DNA from: Candidatus Sysuiplasma jiujiangense
GTDB lineage: Archaea > Thermoplasmatota > Thermoplasmata > Sysuiplasmatales > Sysuiplasmataceae
NCBI GenBank assembly: GCA_019721075.1
Contig: JAHEAD010000008.1
Span: forward strand, 1 to 64,000
Length of the DNA stretch: 64,000 nucleotides
Reading direction: 5' to 3'
The stretch's first letter is position 1; every line of letters starts with the position of its first letter. This document shows positions 28,952 to 38,481 of the stretch, piece after piece. The position numbers were made by a program, and so were the translations under genes. The notes under the pieces are model-generated. The model was not told where the DNA came from. It saw only the letters and a list, made by a program, of their open reading frames with translations, and ran no database searches.

Positions 28952-30136
28952 TTATGTCCGGATGGAAAAGTCGAGTTTTACCTGTTTCCTGAACTCTTCA
29001 TCCTCCGTAAACTCTGCGGCAGTTTCAACCAGTATTTCTATAATTTCGCTCAGGGCCGCTCTTGCCAGCGGGGATTTCGCAGCCTCAAGTGACTGATGAG
29101 AATGCCAGGGAGTTCCTGCCGGAGCTATCCGGTATCCCACTTCAATGGCTGGAACGGTCTGAGATACATTTGCAAAATCAGTTGAGCCTCCAGGCTGTTC
29201 CTTAAGTGCCTGTTCTATTTCCATTATCTGGTGCCCCTTCTCAATAATATGTTCCCTGATTTTTGCAGCAAGCGGTATGTTTACCTTCGTTGTTGAAAAC
29301 AGAGGTCCGCGGAGATTGAATTCAAAGGTTGTTTCCGTTGCATGCGCGGCGCCTTCAATAACATATCTGAAACGACTGATAACGGACTGAAGATAGGAAG
29401 TATCAGATGATCGGAGTCCGTAAATCATGACTGCCTTGTCCGGAGTCACATTAGATGCGCTGCCGCCTTCCTTGATAATGCCATGTATCACAACATTTGC
29501 ATCTCTGCGCACGTGCTGCCGAAGCATGTTCACTCCGGTAAATGCGAGTATGGCCGCGTCAAGGGCACTCCGGCCGCTGTCAGGTGTGGCGGATTCGTGT
29601 GCAGCTTTCCCGTGGAACACTATCTCAATGTCCTGGACTGCGAGACTCCCTTTACCGACATCCCATTCGTCACCAGGATGCGAGCCGAGAACAACATCAA
29701 CATCGCTGAATGCGCCGCGCTCTGCAAGGATCGCCTTTGAACCGGAATAAACACCGCTCCCTTCCTCGTCAGGTGTTCCGATTACCATTATCCTTCCGTT
29801 TCGAATCCGTTGGGCAGCACCGATTGCGGAAAAAACAGCTGCGGATGCAATCAGATTGTGCCCGCAGGCATGCCCTATCCCCGGAAGCGCATCGTATTCG
29901 GCAAGAAATGCGATCGACGGTTGACCGCTTCCCACACTCAATTCCGCTCTGAACGCGGTCGGTATTCCAAGATAGTTCCTTGAAACGGAAAAACCACTCG
30001 AAGCTAGAATACTGCACAGAAGTTCGACCGATTTGAATTCGCTGCTTCCAGGCTCAGCAAGTTCATGGATTTTGAGTGCCAGCCACCATTGATCAATGGT
30101 GTCCATCTGCGTGGAGACCATAGGCATGTCATGCAT
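28952..30136 (-). CDS. M20 family amidohydrolase (AbgB/PM20D2-like)
   Basis: AEYDALPGIGHACGHNLI, GTPDEE, GKAAH, GGSTDFANVS. Confidence 0.88.
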   Translation of the reverse strand: MHDMPMVSTQMDTIDQWWLALKIHELAEPGSSEFKSVELLCSILASSGFSVSRNYLGIPTAFRAELSVGSGQPSIAFLAEYDALPGIGHACGHNLIASAAVFSAIGAAQRIRNGRIMVIGTPDEEGSGVYSGSKAILAERGAFSDVDVVLGSHPGDEWDVGKGSLAVQDIEIVFHGKAAHESATPDSGRSALDAAILAFTGVNMLRQHVRRDANVVIHGIIKEGGSASNVTPDKAVMIYGLRSSDTSYLQSVISRFRYVIEGAAHATETTFEFNLRGPLFSTTKVNIPLAAKIREHIIEKGHQIMEIEQALKEQPGGSTDFANVSQTVPAIEVGYRIAPAGTPWHSHQSLEAAKSPLARAALSEIIEILVETAAEFTEDEEFRKQVKLDFSIRT

Positions 30137-30503
30137 AACTGTTTTATAATAAGTTATACGGAAAACAGGTAGCTGGGATACGGCGGTATTGAGCGATCTT
30201 TCTGAACATGAAGGCAGACCTTATGCCAAACGACGGATTTTGCCTTCCGCTTTTCGATTTAGAGAGTCGGATCTGAAGTAAAAACACAGGATTAACAAAT
30301 TTCTGGTCCGCAAGGGATTAGTATCACTGGTCTCCGACACATGGCAAACTGCAAGACAGCTGATCGAAGGACAGCAGAAACGGGACTGATGCTTTTGCTG
30401 CTTTTGCTGAGCCGCCATCCTCCATGAGGCGCCTGCGTCTGACTGAAAAACGTTAATCCGATGGACTCTGGAGCAATTGTTCGTTAAAGCCGGCCTGTTT
30501 CAT

Positions 30504-30944
30504 TCATCTTGCAACTGGAAACGTGGATGACCACGATCCCACGATTGCGGTGTTGTTGCCTGTGTTGAACTCTATGCCGTTGTCCATCATGCCGTAAGTG
30601 ATGTGCACAACCTCGCTGACCATGCTGACCGTGCCGTTTGGCGCATAGGCGAATGTGGCGTTCTGCGCCATGATGGTGGCGATGACGGTTCCCGGCTGCG
30701 TGTTTTGCAGATAATTCATATGGCTGGCTTCCATCTGCATGATGCCTATCGCGAAGATGATGATTACAGCAGCGACAACGACTGGGATTGTTATTTTCAG
30801 CGCCTTCATGTGTGCCTTGCCCGAAACGGCAGGAATCACGGCGCCGACAAAGGCGATGGCGATGCCGGCGACTACCAGCGTCATTGAAGGCGAAACAATT
30901 CCATAGTAGAGGCATGCCCCAGCTATCGGTATGCTGATGAGCAT
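30504..30944 (-). CDS. Orphan membrane protein (three TM helices plus extracellular tail)
   Basis: Hydrophobic N-terminal half; third gene of a co-oriented cluster; may start at ACG 30965. Confidence 0.6.
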   Translation of the reverse strand: MLISIPIAGACLYYGIVSPSMTLVVAGIAIAFVGAVIPAVSGKAHMKALKITIPVVVAAVIIIFAIGIMQMEASHMNYLQNTQPGTVIATIMAQNATFAYAPNGTVSMVSEVVHITYGMMDNGIEFNTGNNTAIVGSWSSTFPVAR

Positions 30945-31022
30945 GCTCTTCCTCAGTTCGTTCGTTCGGATTTCACTTCCTTCTGCCCTGATTTTGCATT
31001 GCGCTCTGCCGTATGCTCAGCC

Positions 31023-31538
31023 TCACGCAGGAACAGGTATTGCATGATATTGGACGGAATCGCCCGCAGGCACTTGAAGGACAATAGGGGAAACTATGGT
31101 GAACGTGTCCACACCATTCACCTCCGGCGTAATCATGACTTCCCACGTCAAATTGCCTGGCGGAACCGAGAAGTTGAGCGCCCCGGACAGCGAATATCCC
31201 GTCTCCCACGCTGTTTTCACAAGGCCAGTACTGTTCGGCTGTGAATATATGAGAAACGGATTGAAGTATATCAGCGAAAGGGAATATCCGCCCGTCGAGT
31301 TCCATGCGCCTTTCACTGTGACAGGGGCGGCACCCTTTACCCTCAGCGAGAAGAGCATGATCGAGCCTGAACTGTTGACTGAGCCGTTGGAATAAAGGGG
31401 CATCTTCCATCCGGCCGGCAACACCGTCAGCGTACGGGCATGACTGTCCGGCGCTCCCAAGGTCAGATAGGCCGTCACGCCTGCCGTTGCTGCGATTAGC
31501 AGTCCCGCAACAATGATTGCAATGTACTTTGCCATCAT
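31023..31538 (-). CDS. Orphan exported/membrane-anchored beta-rich protein
   Basis: Signal-anchor MMAKYIAIIVAGLLIAATAG; N-x-S/T sequons; ATGA overlap with the upstream gene. Confidence 0.65.
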   Translation of the reverse strand: MMAKYIAIIVAGLLIAATAGVTAYLTLGAPDSHARTLTVLPAGWKMPLYSNGSVNSSGSIMLFSLRVKGAAPVTVKGAWNSTGGYSLSLIYFNPFLIYSQPNSTGLVKTAWETGYSLSGALNFSVPPGNLTWEVMITPEVNGVDTFTIVSPIVLQVPAGDSVQYHAIPVPA

Positions 31539-32506
31539 TCACCTGAAGGGATTGCAAGCGAATTATTTAACGGTACCAAAAGCTGAATTGAAGCAGGCGA
31601 TGTGCTGTCCCAGTAAAAATATCCCCAGTATAACGTGAGCGTTGTTCCTGAATTTGTATACGACACATTCCAGTACGACCACTCCCAATCACCTGCTGGG
31701 ATACCAACGTAAGTTGACTTATTACCACCTAATACTTGACCATTGAAAATAAATCCTTTTGTATCTTCACAAGTAAAACCCACTCTATAGAAAAACCAAC
31801 CGCCATATGAGTATGGCGCTTCAAACGTACCACGTGCTTCGCCACTCACAACACATGATGAAGTGTATGCCTGGTATACGTTTAGCCCTTGCTGCCACTC
31901 TTCATTATCGCCAAACGGGTTGTAAGATGCATATGAGGAACCTGACCATGTATTCGTGTTTCCCCCACTTATTGGATATGGACAGTAATCCGCGAGTACG
32001 AACAGGTATGGGTAATCCAGCAATATCTGCGAGGCGGGTATTGCATTTACGTCAGGGCTGATGAGCGCCCCGACAACCGTGCCGCTGACACTAGTTACAG
32101 ACTCATAGTAGCTGTTCTGCGCTGATATACTGGCAATGACTACTGTGTTGCTCAAATCATAAGTCAGATAGCTGACCTCTATAACGACTGTTTCATCGGT
32201 CCTCTGGTCTTCCAGATAAATTACTCCATTGTGCACTATAACGATAATGCTGAAAGACGCGAGGGTGTAACTCTGCACACCATCAAGAAAATCGATAGAT
32301 GCGATCACTATTCCTGGGGCCAGCAGGCTATAGTAGCACCGTGTTGAACTGGATGCAACTTGCATGGATACCATATTGCTTCCTTTACCGCCTGCAACAG
32401 ATGCCGCTGCTGCCTGGGTATGCGTAACCAATACTATGAACGCAAAAAAAGAGACTGCAACAAGCAACAGTACAATTGCGACGGAAATTGCCTTGTACCT
32501 AAATAT
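31535..32506 (-). CDS. Orphan secreted S/Y/T-rich protein
   Basis: The 310-aa ORF extends in frame to ATA 32506, giving a complete signal peptide (FRYK-AISVAIVLLLVAVSFF...AAAA). Confidence 0.65.
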   Translation of the reverse strand: MFRYKAISVAIVLLLVAVSFFAFIVLVTHTQAAAASVAGGKGSNMVSMQVASSSTRCYYSLLAPGIVIASIDFLDGVQSYTLASFSIIVIVHNGVIYLEDQRTDETVVIEVSYLTYDLSNTVVIASISAQNSYYESVTSVSGTVVGALISPDVNAIPASQILLDYPYLFVLADYCPYPISGGNTNTWSGSSYASYNPFGDNEEWQQGLNVYQAYTSSCVVSGEARGTFEAPYSYGGWFFYRVGFTCEDTKGFIFNGQVLGGNKSTYVGIPAGDWEWSYWNVSYTNSGTTLTLYWGYFYWDSTSPASIQLLVPLNNSLAIPSGE

Positions 32507-32523
32507 ATGATGAATAAAGCGAT

Positions 32524-32706
32524 ATGTATGGGTTACTATGCCCCCCCACTATAGCAGGCTTAGGCAAAACACCGAGAAAGAATGTCAATATTTCACTTGA
32601 CAAAGAGACATATGAACATTTTATCGCATATTGCAGGCAGGAAGGGCTGATCGCAGGAAGGCAAATCGATAAAATGATAGCAAATTACATCGGGATAAAG
32701 GGTTAA
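32524..32706 (+). CDS. Ribbon-helix-helix (CopG-like) DNA-binding protein
   Basis: KNVNISLDKETYEHFIAYCRQEG...GRQIDKMIANYI fits a beta-alpha-alpha pattern. Confidence 0.65.
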   Translation: MYGLLCPPTIAGLGKTPRKNVNISLDKETYEHFIAYCRQEGLIAGRQIDKMIANYIGIKG

Positions 32707-32793
32707 AGGAAGGGGCGCAATGATTGCAAACTTCATCGGCACTACCATGGTGATGATTGCGATGCCGGGGTCGATTTCCCTCCGAGTTAAAAA

Positions 32794-32866
32794 TGGGCTC
32801 ACCCGGATTTGAACCGGGGACCTCCGCTGTGTGAGAGCGACGTCATAACCGCTAGACCATGAGCCC
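32794..32866 (-). tRNA. tRNA-Val(CAC)
   Basis: GGGCTCA acceptor stem pairs with TGAGCCC-A; anticodon arm TCGCT-CTCACAC-AGCGG; T arm CCCGG-TTCAAAT-CCGGG; no encoded CCA and no intron. Confidence 0.97.
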
Positions 32867-32878
32867 CGGTATATGGCA

Positions 32879-33613
32879 TCAGGAAGCCTTTTTTAATTCT
32901 TCCCTCTTCCAGTCGGTAAATTGTGAAAGTTTTTCCGTTGAGAGTGTTTTTGCAATCGTTTCCTTTGCGCCTGAAAGAACGGCGCCTCTTCCCCTGGGTG
33001 GATAGTTTGGATGCGACATGAGTAGTGAGTCGAATTCATACTTCAGCAGATTTGACGCACTTTCCCTCATCCTGTCAATACTGGAGTCCAGGAGATTGAC
33101 ATTGAGCACTAGCTGATCCGCAAGATACCATGTCTTCCTGTCGCTCTCTGTTGGCCAGCTCATCAACTCGTTGCTGAATCTGTCCCTGTTTCCCCACCAG
33201 AACATATCGCCACAGAACAGTATTCCCTTTCCCCTTTTGAGCAAAAGACATGACGATCCGGGAGAATAACCTGGAGTGGGTATCAGGACGGTATCCTCAC
33301 GCAATGCGTACTCTGAACCAAATTTGAGATCAGGTGTGCAGCCCTTCACCAGCTTTGCGTCTTCTTCATGAATAATGAGTTTCGCGCCAAATCTGGATTT
33401 TATGCCACATGCATCACCGAAGGCTCTGATATGAGTAATGAATAAGTCCGATATTCCGCCATTATTTCTGATAAAGTCCTCATCGTCCTTCCCGAGTTCC
33501 GGGGCGTCAACCAGCAGATTTCCACCGTCATGTTTTATAAAATAACCGGAATTCCCGAACGACTTGAGAGAATAGCGGTTGATGAGATATACGCCGGGGA
33601 GGACTTCATTCAT
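32879..33613 (-). CDS. Metallo-beta-lactamase-fold protein with degenerate metal motifs
   Basis: NLLVDAP, FITHIRAFGD, TPGYSPGS, FCGD, LMSHP. Confidence 0.75.
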   Translation of the reverse strand: MNEVLPGVYLINRYSLKSFGNSGYFIKHDGGNLLVDAPELGKDDEDFIRNNGGISDLFITHIRAFGDACGIKSRFGAKLIIHEEDAKLVKGCTPDLKFGSEYALREDTVLIPTPGYSPGSSCLLLKRGKGILFCGDMFWWGNRDRFSNELMSWPTESDRKTWYLADQLVLNVNLLDSSIDRMRESASNLLKYEFDSLLMSHPNYPPRGRGAVLSGAKETIAKTLSTEKLSQFTDWKREELKKAS

Positions 33614-33771
33614 AATGACAACTAAAAGTAACTTGCTTAATAATTTTATCACGCCTATATGAGTATTGAAGCCAATTTCACAACCGGAGGAGAAAAGCGC
33701 CCGGGCGCTGTGAGGACAACGGACAAAGTGTTAACTTTGTTCATGCATGACGGATCGGCCGATGACGTAAG

Positions 33772-34404
33772 ATGAAACTGAATGAACTGAAATCCAAGCT
33801 TGAAATGCTTTTGCCGATTGCCGATCCTTCGCCATCTCTGGAGCAATATTCAACCCCCGTAAATGCTGCATCGGCAATACTTTATCATGCGGCAATGAGC
33901 GGCGATATTGAAGGAAGGAAAATCGCAGATCTGGGTTGCGGTAACGGAATATTTTCAATAGGTTGCGCACTGTTGGGAGCATACCGTACAATAGGCGCTG
34001 ATGTGAGTCCGGCATGCATTAAAACTTCGAAGGAGAATGCAGCCAGAATCCTGGATAGTGCCTTACTGAAAAAAGTACACTTCAAAAAAGCCAGCATCCT
34101 CGAGATAAAAGGCAGATTTGACACGGTATTCCAGAATCCGCCTTTCGGCTCACAGTCCAGAAATGCAGACATTCCGTTCATAAAGAAGGCACTTGAACTT
34201 GCAGATGTGGTGTATACAATTCATATTTCAGCAACAAGGGCATTTATAGAGGAAAAGATAGCGGAATACGGGGGGAGGATTGAGTTTTCGGCAGAATTCG
34301 ATTACAGCATGCCGAGAATGTTCAAATATCACACGGATGACAGGCGAAAATTCCGTCTAATCCTTTATAAAGCAGTGAAGAATAACAAACAACGAGATAG
34401 ATGA
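33772..34404 (+). CDS. METTL5-family N6-adenine RNA methyltransferase
   Basis: LEQYSTP, DLGCGNG, NPPFG; adjacent to csl4. Confidence 0.88.
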   Translation: MKLNELKSKLEMLLPIADPSPSLEQYSTPVNAASAILYHAAMSGDIEGRKIADLGCGNGIFSIGCALLGAYRTIGADVSPACIKTSKENAARILDSALLKKVHFKKASILEIKGRFDTVFQNPPFGSQSRNADIPFIKKALELADVVYTIHISATRAFIEEKIAEYGGRIEFSAEFDYSMPRMFKYHTDDRRKFRLILYKAVKNNKQRDR

Positions 34405-34961
34405 AAGGAAAATTGGTCGTCCCAGGCGACGTGGTAGCAATTGCGGAAGAGTATTCACCTGGAAAGGGAACATACGAATCCGATGGAAAAATTATAGCGA
34501 GCGAGACCGGCGAGCTCATTCTTGACAGCAGAAACCATGCGGCAACAGTGTCACCTTTTAATCCGGTGGCTGAACCAAAGAAGAAGGATATTGTTTATGC
34601 CACAGTATCAGATGTGAAGAGTTCCATGGCGATATGCGAGCTAATATCGATTGAAGGAAAGGAGAGGTCTGTGACTGGAAACAGGGATGCTACGCTCCAC
34701 GTGTCGACAATATCACAGCAATATGTTGAGTCGGTGGGACAGGCAGTACGAACAGGGGACATAATAAGGGCTGAGGTCATACAGTCGAGTCCTTCCATTC
34801 AACTCAGCACAGTCAATGCACATATGGGCGTGGTGGCAGCATATTGCAGCCGCTGTCATTCAATGATGAGGCTGAAGGATGGCCATCTTTACTGCGATGA
34901 ATGCGAACGATCGGAAAAGCGTAAAATTGCCGACGACTACGGCTCCGCTGCATTCAAATAA
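34401..34961 (+). CDS. csl4: Exosome RNA-binding subunit Csl4
   Basis: VVPGD..EEY.PGKGTYE, S1 domain, CSRC...CDEC..EKRKIA. Confidence 0.92.
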   Translation: MKGKLVVPGDVVAIAEEYSPGKGTYESDGKIIASETGELILDSRNHAATVSPFNPVAEPKKKDIVYATVSDVKSSMAICELISIEGKERSVTGNRDATLHVSTISQQYVESVGQAVRTGDIIRAEVIQSSPSIQLSTVNAHMGVVAAYCSRCHSMMRLKDGHLYCDECERSEKRKIADDYGSAAFK

Positions 34962-35030
34962 TGTCGTGCCTGCGGAAACAGAAAGGGTTAAAGCCTCAGT
35001 GTATTAGAGTATTTCGAGGGTAAATAACAC

Positions 35031-35240
35031 ATGCCCAAGGACAAGGCACAAAGAAAGAATCGTGTGCGAGGCAGAGAACAGGAGCAGCTGCGTAAAGAAA
35101 TAGACTCCCTGCGTGTTGAAATCAAGGAAATGAAGGAAATTGTTAACATGCTGCTCAACATGGTGATAGATACAGAGGAAGAAGAATACCCGGGCATGCA
35201 GTTCCCGGATTTTGACGAGCGTTACAGTCAGAACAATTGA
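35031..35240 (+). CDS. Small coiled-coil acidic hypothetical protein
   Basis: GAGGG SD; heptad pattern; co-oriented between csl4 and glyA. Confidence 0.7.
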   Translation: MPKDKAQRKNRVRGREQEQLRKEIDSLRVEIKEMKEIVNMLLNMVIDTEEEEYPGMQFPDFDERYSQNN

Positions 35241-35249
35241 GGCGCCACT

Positions 35250-36449
35250 TTGAGACATGACATAATCGAGCTTGCTAAGAAGCATGATCAATGGCGAAAT
35301 TCCAGCTGCATCAATTTACAGCCGTCCGAAAACATACTGAGTCCTGCCGTGAGGAGGCTGCTCGCGTCTGACATGGCGAGCCGGTACACATTGAGAAGTA
35401 ATGAATTCATAGGGAATGGAGGTGCGTCCAACAGCTACGGCGGAACAAAATACATGGACGAGATCGAGAGGCGTGGAGAGGAAACTGCTTCAAAGCTTTT
35501 TGGCGCAAGGACATCGCTCAAACCGCTGTCGGGACACATTGCCTCGCTCCTGATGATTGCAAGCGTGTGCAGGAAAGGGGACACAATAATGGCTGTGTCT
35601 TCAGCGGACGGCGGATACGACGGATACGGTCAGTCATACATACCTGACATGTTCTCACTGAAATTCAGACCGTTACAGTTTGACAGGGAGATATGGAACG
35701 TTAAAGGGGAGGAAACTGCCGAAGACATTAGAAGGTACAAACCGAAACTGGTTGTGCTCGGGCAGAGCTTTATACTTTTCCCTTACGACATCGGTCCAAT
35801 CAGTGACGCCTGCAGGGAGGAAGGCACCGTGCTTGCCTATGATGCATCTCATGTGCTTGGTCTCGTGGCAGGCGGAAGATTCCAGAGACCGATACAGGAG
35901 AGGTGCGACATTCTCATTGGAAGTACTCATAAGAGCTTCCCCGGCCCGCAGGGGGGTATCTTCGCAACAAACGACGATGGCATCTGGAAGTCGTTCGTGT
36001 GGAACTGCACCTGGCGGCTCATAGACAATGCTCACTGGAACAGAATTGCCGCTCTTTCACAGGCCATGGAGGAAATGAGAAGGCATGCAAGCAATTACGC
36101 TGCCAGGATAGAGGCCAATACTCAGGCGCTGGGCAGGAGTCTTGGCGAAGAAGGTGTCGTCTGCAAGTTCAGCGGAATTGGCTATTCCAGGTCACACCAG
36201 CTGCATCTTGACTCTGATGCGCTGGCAAGCATGGATCTGTCGTTAGCAAAGCTGAATGAAGAACTTGAAAAAAATGATATCATAGTCGACACGACAGGGA
36301 GAATAGGAACTTCCGAAGTGTCCAGGCTGGGCATGGGTGCCAGGGAGATGCGGTTAATATCCGCCCTTGTCGGAGGCGCGCTCAGGGGCGAAAATGTGAA
36401 AGCGGAAGCAAACAGATTGAGAAAAAGATTTGATGTGCACTACTTATGA
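35250..36449 (+). CDS. glyA: Serine hydroxymethyltransferase, archaeal type
   Basis: INLQPSEN, YGGT, YDASHVLGL, GSTHKSFPGPQGG, RIGTSE. Confidence 0.88.
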   Translation: MRHDIIELAKKHDQWRNSSCINLQPSENILSPAVRRLLASDMASRYTLRSNEFIGNGGASNSYGGTKYMDEIERRGEETASKLFGARTSLKPLSGHIASLLMIASVCRKGDTIMAVSSADGGYDGYGQSYIPDMFSLKFRPLQFDREIWNVKGEETAEDIRRYKPKLVVLGQSFILFPYDIGPISDACREEGTVLAYDASHVLGLVAGGRFQRPIQERCDILIGSTHKSFPGPQGGIFATNDDGIWKSFVWNCTWRLIDNAHWNRIAALSQAMEEMRRHASNYAARIEANTQALGRSLGEEGVVCKFSGIGYSRSHQLHLDSDALASMDLSLAKLNEELEKNDIIVDTTGRIGTSEVSRLGMGAREMRLISALVGGALRGENVKAEANRLRKRFDVHYL

Positions 36450-36973
36450 TGCAAGGTGACAAATCAAAACCGTTTGTACTGGATACCAGCGCAATGTATA
36501 ACGGCACGGATTATCCAGCGGACGCAATCCTCTTTTCCACGCCGAAGGTTGTAAGCGAGGTTAAACATGTATACCGTTCCAGCAGGGCAGAACTCTTTGT
36601 AGACACACGATTGAAAATCATTGAGCCGGCTGCGCGCAGTGTTGAAAAGGTCGTTGAAGTCGCAAAGAAGAACGGAGATATCGCCAGGCTGTCACCTGCA
36701 GACATTGAGGTACTTTCACTTGCTTATGAACTCAACGCAGTCGTAATAACCGAAGACTATTCAATTCAGAACACTGCTTCGGGACTGGGAGTCGAATTCC
36801 GCTCACTCTACATACCCCGGATTGCAAGCTATATCGAGTGGACACTCGTATGTGAATCGTGCAGGAGAGAATCGTGCAGCAGGGAAGAAAGGGTTTGCAG
36901 AATTTGCGGGGGGAGAATGATAACGGTCAAAAAGAAAAGCAGACCAATTTCAGATTCACGCAGGGGTCAGTGA
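36446..36973 (+). CDS. nob1: Nob1 PIN-domain endonuclease
   Basis: VLDTSA, LSPADIEVLSLA, TEDYSIQN, C-terminal CxxC...CxxC. Confidence 0.9.
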   Translation: MMQGDKSKPFVLDTSAMYNGTDYPADAILFSTPKVVSEVKHVYRSSRAELFVDTRLKIIEPAARSVEKVVEVAKKNGDIARLSPADIEVLSLAYELNAVVITEDYSIQNTASGLGVEFRSLYIPRIASYIEWTLVCESCRRESCSREERVCRICGGRMITVKKKSRPISDSRRGQ

Positions 36974-38481
36974 TCCTTGCCTGCCTTGGAATAGGTTACA
37001 ACCGCAACCAGCGATAATGCAATGATTGACGCGGCGACGAAGCTGCCGGATTCAAAGAACGGAGCATACGGCATATCGTGCGCGACGTATGGCGGCTGAT
37101 GCAACTGGCTCAGGTTGAAATTTGAAGAGCCTGTTCTTGAATAAGGCAGTGAGGAAAAGGGAAATTGCGGTTGGACCGGAAATGTCCCTGACAGCGAAAC
37201 CGATGGCAATGCAGAGATGGGAAAATGTAGCGATGCCGGGATCTGGAGGTCTGCAAAATTGACATTTATGGGAGGTCTCGGCTGAGCCGCATGAAGGGAA
37301 TAGAATGTGAACATATCCAGAGGCACATCCGACAGGGAGACAAATCTGTTCAATGGCGGCATGTTCCAGTTGTAATCGATGAACGCCAAGAGCGAAGCGT
37401 GATTCATCGGTGTGTTCGAAATATAATCTTCCTTTGCATACGGGGAAACAAGGATCAGGGGAACCCTGAAGCCAAGCTGCTGGCCATCAATGGATGGCGG
37501 GGGGACATTGTCATAAAATCCTCCACCCTCGTCATAATTTATAAACACAGCCGTGCTGTTCCATTCAGGGCTGAACATTATCTTCTGCAGAATAAAAGTG
37601 AGCCACAGCTCACCGGCAAGCATGTTGTCTGAAGGATGCTGGCTGTAGCCTGTCACGCCGAGTCCTATAGGTTCGAGATAGCTGACAGCCGGCAGTGTGT
37701 TGTTCTGAAGTTCGCCGAAGAAGGAGGTCCAGCTCCGTATGTTTGAAGAATATGCTGAAACACCGTAGACATAGTCGAGGATGATTGTTCCGAGCGTGGG
37801 GTCATAGACGTAGTAGCCCCATGAAACATGGTATCTGTTGAGTTCTGAGAATATCGTTTCCGAATACGGGATGTACGGAGGTGGGCCATAGTCGTTTATC
37901 ACGGGGGAATAGCCTGCAATGCCGTACAGCCTGTTTGGCATTGTCGCGGTCAGCGCACTTGAAAAGTACATGTCACCTATTGCATACTGCTCCGCAATAT
38001 CCCACTCTATTGCGAGCTGGGAGGAAGTGTAGTATGTCAGCGACTGTACACCGGAATTCAGTCTGAATCCGTTCATTTTACCGCCGTTCCAGTCGAGATG
38101 GTAGGCAGTATACCCTTCAACAGGATCAGGGGTAGAAAACACACCTGGCCGGACCGCGGTGAGGTTGGAAAGGCCGCCGGCTGTCAGCAGGTTATCGGGC
38201 ACCGTGAGCTGGGAGGTGATGTTTTCGGCTGAAGAATTGCCGCCCGAAGGGTATGAACCGAAGATGTTGTCGAAACTGTGATTCTCCATTGTTATCAGGA
38301 TGACATGCCGTATTGGTGTTGTGGTTGAGGAGGATGCACCCGCAGCTGAGGGCAGAAACGCCGTAAGGACGAGTGATGCAATGAGTAATGAAGAAGCGCA
38401 TGCCGCAACACGTGAACGGGCCTCCCGCCTGCCGCCGCTGACAGCGCTTCGGACCGCAGCACAGACAGAAGTCTGCCTAAT
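36967..38481 (-). CDS. Exported phosphoesterase (phospholipase C/acid phosphatase family) with C-terminal membrane anchor
   Basis: PIRHVILITMENHSFDN, TMPNR, SQHP, YDEGGGFYD, GFRVP; the frame extends upstream of ATG 38289 to ATT 38481. Confidence 0.85.
   Translation of the reverse strand: MRQTSVCAAVRSAVSGGRREARSRVAACASSLLIASLVLTAFLPSAAGASSSTTTPIRHVILITMENHSFDNIFGSYPSGGNSSAENITSQLTVPDNLLTAGGLSNLTAVRPGVFSTPDPVEGYTAYHLDWNGGKMNGFRLNSGVQSLTYYTSSQLAIEWDIAEQYAIGDMYFSSALTATMPNRLYGIAGYSPVINDYGPPPYIPYSETIFSELNRYHVSWGYYVYDPTLGTIILDYVYGVSAYSSNIRSWTSFFGELQNNTLPAVSYLEPIGLGVTGYSQHPSDNMLAGELWLTFILQKIMFSPEWNSTAVFINYDEGGGFYDNVPPPSIDGQQLGFRVPLILVSPYAKEDYISNTPMNHASLLAFIDYNWNMPPLNRFVSLSDVPLDMFTFYSLHAAQPRPPINVNFADLQIPASLHFPISALPSVSLSGTFPVQPQFPFSSLPYSRTGSSNFNLSQLHQPPYVAHDMPYAPFFESGSFVAASIIALSLVAVVTYSKAGKDH

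Noticed and set aside
30137..30503. Possible att site or CRISPR array at the island's left boundary
   Set aside because: No copy of the tRNA-Val 3' end seen; only a 9-bp tandem (GCTTTTGCT x2) and short inverted repeats. No repeat-spacer array was seen anywhere in the window.
30973..31557. 194-aa alternative-frame ORF
   Set aside because: The overlapping 171-aa frame has a clear signal anchor and ATGA coupling.
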